Shown here: piece by piece, positions 54,664 through 64,000 of the stretch
How positions within the stretch are numbered: the first letter of the stretch is position 1
How the letters are laid out: each line of letters starts with the position of its first letter
Assembly: GCA_964016885.1 (NCBI GenBank)
Contig: OZ024741.1
Coordinates: 166,098,001 to 166,162,000 of the forward strand
DNA: 64,000 nt
Direction: 5' to 3'
From: Eledone cirrhosa
Taxonomy: Eukaryota
Made by a program: the position numbers and the translations under genes
Notes under the pieces: generated by a model
The model's database searches: none
What the model saw: the letters and a program-made list of their open reading frames with translations, nothing else
What the model was told of the DNA's origin: nothing

Positions 54664-56758
54664 ATGGCTACCAAAAAGAAATTTCATACGTCACTCCCAC
54701 TCATTCCGTCTTCTTCTTCCTCAATCATCACTACAGCAGAGAGAAGATTGTCTCTCTCCCTCCCTTCTTTAAATGTGTCTCTCTCCCTCCCTTCTCTTTC
54801 GCAAGCGACGAAAGAAAAGAAAAGTCTCGTGCAAAGCGTGCAAGGTTTCTCCACGACGACGACGACAGCGACGAAACAGGTGTGCGGGAAATACGAAAAC
54901 CCAGTTCATTCGTCTGACGTCAGGAATAATAGCAGTAGCAGCCGTAAAAACAACAGCAACAGTGACAATGAAAACAACAGTAGCAGCCGCAACAGCATCA
55001 CCAGCAGCATAAACAACAACAGCATTAGCAGCAGCAACACCAACAACAACCACAGCAACAGCGGCGGAGGCAGTAGTCGTAGTACCTGCAGCAACAAAAG
55101 TACCAGCAGCTCTGACGACAACAACAACAGCAGAGAAAAACCAATCTCATTTGCAGGTATTGCGAAAAACTTGGAAACAATCCTCATAACAAATGAGGAA
55201 TTAGAGGAAGCGAAGAAGATGGTGACAAAGAACGGACACCGAGCAATCTGCAAGGCAGCGAAAAATTTTTTCGAAACCCAAGAGCACTGTACGGTCACGT
55301 ACCGTACAGTAAGTACAAAATCCCGTAGGGTGGAAAGAGCCACAGAGGCCCAAATACAAAAAGCCTTGGGGTCTGTGTGGCAGAGGAAAACGCACATCAC
55401 CCGAGGCAAAAAATACGCCACCGTAGACGTACTTTTTGCCACACCCCAGGAGGCAAAGGCCCAATCAGTAGTGACCCTAAGGAGCGAGGAAATGGTGTTG
55501 GTGCCCTCCTACTGCGGGCAAAAAATTGTGAGGGTCAAACTGACCCACGTCCCCCCCGGAATGACCCCTTCTTGGCTGGCCGCGTCTGTCCTCGTCGGAA
55601 TCGAGGACAAAACAACTGTACTGCAAGTACAGAAAAAAAGTAAGAGAAGATTGGGTCGGCTCCTCCATTGAGATGCTAATCCAAACCAACCAGGAGTGCA
55701 TCGAAGCTATCCCGGATGTGATAGACTTCGATAACGGCACTCAACTGCCCATAAGTGTTTAGGGCAAACGCCCGAAATGCTTTCGCTGTGGATCGAAGAC
55801 TCACCTCAGGGCCTTCTGCAACGAGAAGACCCTGAGAAAGGAGAAAACCCCCCTCCTTCCGAATCCGGCTCCACGGCTACCAGCAACAGGACAAGCGGCA
55901 ACCAGGAACGATAGGTCCGTGGCACCCATACCCACTCCACGGAAATCAAAGACAGCAGCAGCAGTGGAAATATTAACAACAACAACAGCAATACCAAATG
56001 CAGCTGCAACAGAGACTCCAGTGCAAACATCACCAACAACAACAAGTGAAAGAGTGGAGCTGGTACCCCTCCCCGACCTTACAGAATCAGACATGGAGTG
56101 TGAGGTGGGAGAGGGATGGCAAAAGGTCGTAAGAAGGCACAAACGCAGAAGCAGCGCATCGTGGCCTTTGAAAAGGGAGGAAAGAAATGAGAAAAGGGTA
56201 AAGTCTACTGCAAAGAGACCCACAGCAGCAACACCACCAACACCATCACCACCCACACCAGCACCACCATCACCACCGGCGACAACCCCACCGCCAACAA
56301 CACGTTCAACACCACCACCACAAGCACCAACATCGCAAACACAACAACAAAACACACACACCCAGCAACAACGACAAGAAAATAGCAGAACCACACCCCA
56401 CCCCCAGAAAAACAAATGCACGGCAATAAATACACACAACAAGAAACTAATGACTTACATAATTGAACACACAGACATTTCACAACAGGACTACATAATA
56501 CCAGCACCAATCAAAACGCCAACTAACATAAGACTGCTAAAAATAGCACAGAAACAATACACAAACATTAAAACGAAATTCCCCAACGCAGTTGGTGATT
56601 TCAGGGACCTAGGAGGAACCATCAATCGAAGAGTATACTCAGACATTCTCTTAGAAGAGCCGACGACCAGCCGAAGGGACGATTCAACGGTCCCTTCACC
56701 AGACGATCAAGTGAAAAGGGATGTAAAAACCATCCCTCCTCTACCAAAAGTACGGTAA
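54664..56758 (+). pseudogene. ORF1 copy 2, disrupted
   Basis: A7 vs A6 frameshift at 55633-55639 and GAG>TAG at 55760. Confidence 0.88.
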
Positions 56759-56793
56759 GTGGTCTTTCCCATCTTTTCCACTCTATTTTAAAC

Positions 56794-59700
56794 ATGACCT
56801 CACTCAGAATAGGCAGCATAAATGCGCGTGGCTTGGGGTCGTCATGGAAGCAGGGTCACCTGCTCAACGACCTCAGGTCACTAAACATAGATGTAGTGGC
56901 CATCAGCGAGACCAGAATCTCCGAAGCACGGGCCTTCGCACCGATCTTCGGCGGCTACGACGTGTACGCATCTCCCAGCCGTCCTGGATCGGGTGGAGGA
57001 GTTGCTGTGCTTTTTCGGAGAGGTTTGGATCTCGCCATACGGGCCATCTTCCTGGACCCAGAGGGTAAGCTGGTGGTGCTGGACGTAACCAGCGGAGACG
57101 GGCAAGCTTTCAGGCTAGTGGCCGTCTATGCCCCGACAGGAGCAGGGCGGCCTGATTTCTTCCGGCGTCTGGAGACCTTTCTTGGAACGTCCCGCTCTTT
57201 AGTGTTAGTGGGCGACTGGAACGGGATCTTAGATGCACGCTGGGACTGTGTGGGATTAGCGGATAGGGGTGGAGGGTGCAAGAGCCTCACCAACCTGCTC
57301 AGGCGTTTTGAACTGTCTGACAGGTACCGATTGGATTTCCCGAATGTGCCAATGTGGACTTGGACAAACCGCATAGGGTCATCCAGATCATATCTAGATA
57401 GAGTATTTTGTAGGGAAATAGATAGGTCTAGCATAGGCTGTCCACAATTCAAGATAGTCAGCTACACGGACCACAAATTCGTGACCTGTGTGCTTGACTT
57501 AGATAGGCTTCATAGACGAGGACCCGGCTACTGGAAGCTAAACGCGTCCTTACCAGCGCGCAAGGCCTACAGAGACCGGATTAGCGAACTAGTTAAGCGG
57601 GCGTTGACGGGGGCCATCGTCAACAACAAGTGGTGGTTTGCTCTGAAAAGAGCGATTAGAATAGAATCGATTAGGTTTAGTAAGGCTTTAGCAATAGAGA
57701 AAAATAGAGCAGAGGGAGAACTAGTTAGAAAATTAGACGAGGCGCTTAGCAAAGGCATTGCGACCGACGTGCTTGCGGCGAAATTGGCCCTTGACCAATT
57801 CTTCAATGCAAAGCACGAAGGCTGCGTTGTCAGAGCTAGGGTGCGTGCTCTCAGACACGAGGGGACGAAAGCCGTTCAATGGGCCCGAGTGGCGGAGGCG
57901 CGTCGTGGCAACAAAGCCACGATCCGGTCTTTGGTGGACCACGACGGGCGCATGCTACTCGATCCCGGGCAAATGTGTGAAGCTTTTCAGCGACACTTCG
58001 CTCAGCTGTTCGGGGGCAGCGGGGGGCCGGGTAGAGGGATGGACTTTAGTGTCTACCTCGACGGACTGCCGCGGCTCTCGGCCACTGAGGCGAAGTGTTG
58101 CGAAAAGCCGATAACAGCCGCTGAAGTACGGGAGGCAATGACTGTCTGCACAAGGGGTAAATCGCCTGGTTTGGATGGTCTGCCCTATGAACTTTACGTA
58201 CAGATGCCAGACTTGTTCGGAGGCCTCTTGGCGGACGTCTACTGCAACTGGCAACAGAACGGGAGAATTCCCAGTTCTGTGAGCCGAGGAGCGGTGGCAC
58301 TGCTGAGAAAGGATCCGAACAAGGGGGATAACATAGACAATTTCCGGCCCATAACTCTGCTAAACACAGAGTTTAAGATTTTGGCCAAGGTGCTAGCAAA
58401 GAGGTTGGCGCTTGTCGTTGGTGGTCTGGTGGGAGAGGCGCAGACATGCGCCATTCCCGACAGATCCATCCACGACAACCTCCACCTCATGCGATACATC
58501 GTAGAGAGGGTAGCTAGGGAACCTGGCACGGGTGGGTCCTTGATCAATTTAGATCAGTCGAAAGCTTTCGATAGGGTCGACCATCGTTACCTAGCGGCAG
58601 TCCTGAGGGCGGCTGGCTTTGGGCCCGTCTTCAGAGGCTGGATCGCTGCCATGCACAGCGACATCTGCTCTGTGGTGAGAGTGAACGGTCACCTGTCGGA
58701 ACCGTTCAACATCATGCGCTCGGTCCGCCAAGGATGTCCCCTCTCGTCCCTCTTGTACGTATTGACTCTCGAGCCATTACTGCACAAACTGGAGACGTTG
58801 AGGGGAGTCCCGCGCGAACTAGGATGCGGAAGATCCGTGTCAGCATATGCGGACGATGTCACCGTAGTGGTGTCGAACGCCAAACACATCGAGGCGATCG
58901 GCACTACACTAAGAGAATACGAAGCGGTGACAGGAGCAATGATCAACCAGGAAAAGTCAGTGGGCCTGCAGCTCGGCACCTGGAGAGGCAGGTCCATGCC
59001 GTCCAACAGCGTCGTCGGGCGCTGGACGGACGGACCGGTTAAATTGCTAGGGGTCTGGTTCGGTCCGGACCTCCAGACGGACAAAAACTGGGACGAGGTG
59101 ACGAGCAGGGTGGCTTCTCTCACCCAGAAATGGGCGGAGAGGAAGCTATCCCTGAAAGGTCGAGCGGAGGTGGCTAACGCGTACATCGCGTCTGTCATCT
59201 GCTACCGCCTAACCGTCGTACCTTGTCCTAAGCCTCGCCTGACTGCGCTGGAGCGTTTGCTCTTTCGCTTTTTGTGGAAGGGACGCGCTCCGATGGTCAG
59301 GCGGTCCATCTGTTGTCAACACCCGCTACGTGGAGGGCTGGGCATGCCGTGGCTGATGATGCGCAGGCACGCGCTCAGGCTACGACATCTCCACCTCTTC
59401 CTCGACGGTGATCAGGTGTGGTCGCCGTTTGCTAGACGCGTTTTTCCCCAGCTCGTTTCCTTGACGGAGCTGCAGTCCTGGGTCAAGCGAAGACCGAGAG
59501 GGAGCGCCTGGAGACTGGAATGTCTTCAGGCGCTCACAGCCCTCGACCAATCGGGCAATGTGATCGGTGGAAACTCCACCTCGGCGTTCTATAGAGGATT
59601 AGTGGAGGGGAAGAGCGACGACGTACTTGGGGAAACTCTAGGCGTCGACGAAAATCAACTAGCCAATCTCTTCGGAAGAACTTTCGGGCCAGGGCCTATG

Positions 59701-60099
59701 GACAACTTCCAGAAATCTCTGGCCTGGCAGTGCTACCGAGGAGCCTTGCCAGTTCGGGATAAACTCTACAGGCATGGAGGTGCCGTCAGCCGGGCATGTC
59801 CGAGATGCGCGCTGGGCGACGAAACCGTCCTGCACGCACTCGTCCAGTGTCCGAAAATTGCTGACTTGTGGGTTTATGTCGAACACCTGCTGTCGCGTTT
59901 AGGACGGATCCAGCTATCATCTGAGTCTATCGTGAGGATTGCCCCGCCCTCCTCCTTTAGCCGGGAAGGGCAGGCAGTTTTTATCTGTCTGGTGGCCATG
60001 GCGAAAGAGATAGTATGGTGGACACGTTTGAAAGGGCTGAAGACGAGCACTTACCTCTTCGGTGATGCTCTGATTGACTTTTTTTCAAATTTCATTTGA
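56794..60099 (+). CDS. Tx1 family B ORF2p copy 2
   Basis: 1101 aa, near-identical to copy 1 (DPVG vs DPEG); same C-terminal frameshift. Confidence 0.92.
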   Translation: MTSLRIGSINARGLGSSWKQGHLLNDLRSLNIDVVAISETRISEARAFAPIFGGYDVYASPSRPGSGGGVAVLFRRGLDLAIRAIFLDPEGKLVVLDVTSGDGQAFRLVAVYAPTGAGRPDFFRRLETFLGTSRSLVLVGDWNGILDARWDCVGLADRGGGCKSLTNLLRRFELSDRYRLDFPNVPMWTWTNRIGSSRSYLDRVFCREIDRSSIGCPQFKIVSYTDHKFVTCVLDLDRLHRRGPGYWKLNASLPARKAYRDRISELVKRALTGAIVNNKWWFALKRAIRIESIRFSKALAIEKNRAEGELVRKLDEALSKGIATDVLAAKLALDQFFNAKHEGCVVRARVRALRHEGTKAVQWARVAEARRGNKATIRSLVDHDGRMLLDPGQMCEAFQRHFAQLFGGSGGPGRGMDFSVYLDGLPRLSATEAKCCEKPITAAEVREAMTVCTRGKSPGLDGLPYELYVQMPDLFGGLLADVYCNWQQNGRIPSSVSRGAVALLRKDPNKGDNIDNFRPITLLNTEFKILAKVLAKRLALVVGGLVGEAQTCAIPDRSIHDNLHLMRYIVERVAREPGTGGSLINLDQSKAFDRVDHRYLAAVLRAAGFGPVFRGWIAAMHSDICSVVRVNGHLSEPFNIMRSVRQGCPLSSLLYVLTLEPLLHKLETLRGVPRELGCGRSVSAYADDVTVVVSNAKHIEAIGTTLREYEAVTGAMINQEKSVGLQLGTWRGRSMPSNSVVGRWTDGPVKLLGVWFGPDLQTDKNWDEVTSRVASLTQKWAERKLSLKGRAEVANAYIASVICYRLTVVPCPKPRLTALERLLFRFLWKGRAPMVRRSICCQHPLRGGLGMPWLMMRRHALRLRHLHLFLDGDQVWSPFARRVFPQLVSLTELQSWVKRRPRGSAWRLECLQALTALDQSGNVIGGNSTSAFYRGLVEGKSDDVLGETLGVDENQLANLFGRTFGPGPMDNFQKSLAWQCYRGALPVRDKLYRHGGAVSRACPRCALGDETVLHALVQCPKIADLWVYVEHLLSRLGRIQLSSESIVRIAPPSSFSREGQAVFICLVAMAKEIVWWTRLKGLKTSTYLFGDALIDFFSNFI

Positions 60100-60715
60100 A
60101 AAGGAAAATCAGAGTAGAGAAGGAAGTGCTCTCTTCCCAGCATTTTGTTGAAAGATGGGTGAGAGAAGCAAGAATGGCCCGAGTGAATGGGCCGACTCTG
60201 AGTATATATCTGTAAACTAAAGGTGGAAAACTGGGAGAGGGCACTTGCCTTGGTGGTCAGGGTCATTGTGGCTTTTTACTGGGCTTTCTCCACAAATGTC
60301 CCTCCGAAGTCTCCCCCCTATTGGGGAATTTTTCATTGTTATTTTCATTGTTATTTTTGTTACATCCTCTGTTTTTGTTTTCTTTACACGCAGAAATGCC
60401 CATTTGTACCGTCCTGCATTGTCCTGCACTGTCCTTAATGTCTACTTTATGTAAACCCTTGTGGTTAATAAAGAAATCATTATTATTATTATTATTATTA
60501 TTGAATGCCATGGTTGACGGAGGCTCGGCTCTGTAAGGTATAGTAATTTTTAACCGTTAAAACAATTGTAAATTGTTTAAAACTTGAACCAAATTGTTGA
60601 TAAAGACACCCTCCTCCTCGTGAGAGGGGTCTTTCTGTCCGTTATTTGGCCCTTCGGGGTTAAATAACCAGTTATTGGGGTTTTGTACCCAAAATTTCAT
60701 TTTAAACAAAAAAAC

Positions 60716-62810
60716 ATGGCTACCAAAAAGAAATTTCATACGTCACTCCCACTCATTCCGTCTTCTTCTTCCTCAATCATCACTACAGCAGAGAGAAGAT
60801 TGTCTCTCTCCCTCCCTTCTTTAAATGTGTCTCTCTCCCTCCCTTCTCTTTCGCAAGCGACGAAAGAAAAGAAAAGTCTCGTGCAAAGCGTGCAAGGTTT
60901 CTCCACGACGACGACGACAGCGACGAAACAGGTGTGCGGGAAATACGAAAACCCAGTTCATTCGTCTGACGTCAGGAATAATAGCAGTAGCAGCCGTAAA
61001 AACAACAGCAACAGTGACAATGAAAACAACAGTAGCAGCCGCAACAGCATCACCAGCAGCATAAACAACAACAGCATTAGCAGCAGCAACACCAACAACA
61101 ACCACAGCAACAGCGGCGGAGGCAGTAGTCGTAGTACCTGCAGCAACAAAAGTACCAGCAGCTCTGACGACAACAACAACAGCAGAGAAAAACCAATCTC
61201 ATTTGCAGGTATTGCGAAAAACTTGGAAACAATCCTCATAACAAATGAGGAATTAGAGGAAGCGAAGAAGATGGTGACAAAGAACGGACACCGAGCAATC
61301 TGCAAGGCAGCGAAAAATTTTTTCGAAACCCAAGAGCACTGTACGGTCACGTACCGTACAGTAAGTACAAAATCCCGTAGGGTGGAAAGAGCCACAGAGG
61401 CCCAAATACAAAAAGCCTTGGGGTCTGTGTGGCAGAGGAAAACGCACATCACCCGAGGCAAAAAATACGCCACCGTAGACGTACTTTTTGCCACACCCCA
61501 GGAGGCAAAGGCCCAATCAGTAGTGACCCTAAGGAGCGAGGAAATGGTGTTGGTGCCCTCCTACTGCGGGCAAAAAATTGTGAGGGTCAAACTGACCCAC
61601 GTCCCCCCCGGAATGACCCCTTCTTGGCTGGCCGCGTCTGTCCTCGTCGGAATCGAGGACAAAACAACTGTACTGCAAGTACAGAAAAAAAGTAAGAGAA
61701 GATTGGGTCGGCTCCTCCATTGAGATGCTAATCCAAACCAACCAGGAGTGCATCGAAGCTATCCCGGATGTGATAGACTTCGATAACGGCACTCAACTGC
61801 CCATAAGTGTTTAGGGCAAACGCCCGAAATGCTTTCGCTGTGGATCGAAGACTCACCTCAGGGCCTTCTGCAACGAGAAGACCCTGAGAAAGGAGAAAAC
61901 CCCCCTCCTTCCGAATCCGGCTCCACGGCTACCAGCAACAGGACAAGCGGCAACCAGGAACGATAGGTCCGTGGCACCCATACCCACTCCACGGAAATCA
62001 AAGACAGCAGCAGCAGTGGAAATATTAACAACAACAACAGCAATACCAAATGCAGCTGCAACAGAGACTCCAGTGCAAACATCACCAACAACAACAAGTG
62101 AAAGAGTGGAGCTGGTACCCCTCCCCGACCTTACAGAATCAGACATGGAGTGTGAGGTGGGAGAGGGATGGCAAAAGGTCGTAAGAAGGCACAAACGCAG
62201 AAGCAGCGCATCGTGGCCTTTGAAAAGGGAGGAAAGAAATGAGAAAAGGGTAAAGTCTACTGCAAAGAGACCCACAGCAGCAACACCACCAACACCATCA
62301 CCACCCACACCAGCACCACCATCACCACCGGCGACAACCCCACCGCCAACAACACGTTCAACACCACCACCACAAGCACCAACATCGCAAACACAACAAC
62401 AAAACACACACACCCAGCAACAACGACAAGAAAATAGCAGAACCACACCCCACCCCCAGAAAAACAAATGCACGGCAATAAATACACACAACAAGAAACT
62501 AATGACTTACATAATTGAACACACAGACATTTCACAACAGGACTACATAATACCAGCACCAATCAAAACGCCAACTAACATAAGACTGCTAAAAATAGCA
62601 CAGAAACAATACACAAACATTAAAACGAAATTCCCCAACGCAGTTGGTGATTTCAGGGACCTAGGAGGAACCATCAATCGAAGAGTATACTCAGACATTC
62701 TCTTAGAAGAGCCGACGACCAGCCGAAGGGACGATTCAACGGTCCCTTCACCAGACGATCAAGTGAAAAGGGATGTAAAAACCATCCCTCCTCTACCAAA
62801 AGTACGGTAA
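60716..62810 (+). pseudogene. ORF1 copy 3, disrupted as in copy 2
   Basis: Same A7 frameshift and TAG (61812). Confidence 0.88.
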
Positions 62811-62845
62811 GTGGTCTTTCCCATCTTTTCCACTCTATTTTAAAC

Positions 62846-64000
62846 ATGACCTCACTCAGAATAGGCAGCATAAATGCGCGTGGCTTGGGGTCGTCATGGA
62901 AGCAGGGTCACCTGCTCAACGACCTCAGGTCACTAAACATAGATGTAGTGGCCATCAGCGAGACCAGAATCTCCGAAGCACGGGCCTTCGCACCGATCTT
63001 CGGCGGCTACGACGTGTACGCATCTCCCAGCCGTCCTGGATCGGGTGGAGGAGTTGCTGTGCTTTTTCGGAGAGGTTTGGATCTCGCCATACGGGCCATC
63101 TTCCTGGACCCAGAGGGTAAGCTGGTGGTGCTGGACGTAACCAGCGGAGACGGGCAAGCTTTCAGGCTAGTGGCCGTCTATGCCCCGACAGGAGCAGGGC
63201 GGCCTGATTTCTTCCGGCGTCTGGAGACCTTTCTTGGAACGTCCCGCTCTTTAGTGTTAGTGGGCGACTGGAACGGGATCTTAGATGCACGCTGGGACTG
63301 TGTGGGATTAGCGGATAGGGGTGGAGGGTGCAAGAGCCTCACCAACCTGCTCAGGCGTTTTGAACTGTCTGACAGGTACCGATTGGATTTCCCGAATGTG
63401 CCAATGTGGACTTGGACAAACCGCATAGGGTCATCCAGATCATATCTAGATAGAGTATTTTGTAGGGAAATAGATAGGTCTAGCATAGGCTGTCCACAAT
63501 TCAAGATAGTCAGCTACACGGACCACAAATTCGTGACCTGTGTGCTTGACTTAGATAGGCTTCATAGACGAGGACCCGGCTACTGGAAGCTAAACGCGTC
63601 CTTACCAGCGCGCAAGGCCTACAGAGACCGGATTAGCGAACTAGTTAAGCGGGCGTTGACGGGGGCCATCGTCAACAACAAGTGGTGGTTTGCTCTGAAA
63701 AGAGCGATTAGAATAGAATCGATTAGGTTTAGTAAGGCTTTAGCAATAGAGAAAAATAGAGCAGAGGGAGAACTAGTTAGAAAATTAGACGAGGCGCTTA
63801 GCAAAGGCATTGCGACCGACGTGCTTGCGGCGAAATTGGCCCTTGACCAATTCTTCAATGCAAAGCACGAAGGCTGCGTTGTCAGAGCTAGGGTGCGTGC
63901 TCTCAGACACGAGGGGACGAAAGCCGTTCAATGGGCCCGAGTGGCGGAGGCGCGTCGTGGCAACAAAGCCACGATCCGGTCTTTGGTGGACCACGACGGG
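62846..64000 (+). CDS. Tx1 family B ORF2p copy 3, N-terminal part
   Basis: ATGACCTCACTCAGA start, open to window edge. Confidence 0.88.
   Translation, partial: MTSLRIGSINARGLGSSWKQGHLLNDLRSLNIDVVAISETRISEARAFAPIFGGYDVYASPSRPGSGGGVAVLFRRGLDLAIRAIFLDPEGKLVVLDVTSGDGQAFRLVAVYAPTGAGRPDFFRRLETFLGTSRSLVLVGDWNGILDARWDCVGLADRGGGCKSLTNLLRRFELSDRYRLDFPNVPMWTWTNRIGSSRSYLDRVFCREIDRSSIGCPQFKIVSYTDHKFVTCVLDLDRLHRRGPGYWKLNASLPARKAYRDRISELVKRALTGAIVNNKWWFALKRAIRIESIRFSKALAIEKNRAEGELVRKLDEALSKGIATDVLAAKLALDQFFNAKHEGCVVRARVRALRHEGTKAVQWARVAEARRGNKATIRSLVDHDG

Larger units (their letters stand above)
54451..60479 (+). mobile_element. Tx1 family B copy 2
   Basis: Near-identical to copy 1, offset 6063. Confidence 0.93.
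60503..64000 (+). mobile_element. Tx1 family B copy 3, cut by window end
   Basis: Offset 6052 from copy 2; all ORF-track peptides match copy 2. Confidence 0.93.

Overview
Eukaryotic (animal) intergenic or intronic DNA made almost entirely of transposable elements and microsatellites. The SINE types and extreme (TA)n/(CA)n density suggest a cephalopod (octopus-like) genome, which is inference only. No host gene, RNA gene or CRISPR array is supported. Main contents: two L1/Tx1-clade LINE families, one in a (TATC)n tract with related 3' fragments and one as a head-to-tail array of three ~6.05-kb copies joined by identical (TTA)7TT linkers; a CR1-group LINE with an intact ORF2; two decayed Penelope-like elements; a deleted RepHel Helitron plus non-autonomous Helitrons; tRNA-derived SINE clusters; hAT and Tc1/mariner MITEs; a solo LTR and an LTR-derived foldback; and satellites. 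Most notable: (1) in both Tx1 families ORF2 lies between a GTAAGT splice donor at the end of ORF1 and an AG|G acceptor at or just after the ORF2 stop, suggesting ORF2 is an excisable intron; (2) about ten hammerhead-ribozyme motifs, including a tandem pair 437 nt apart (retrozyme-like) and pairs inside long palindromes in (TA)n tracts; (3) a TGT...ACA foldback with an ATAT TSD built from two inverted LTR ends.
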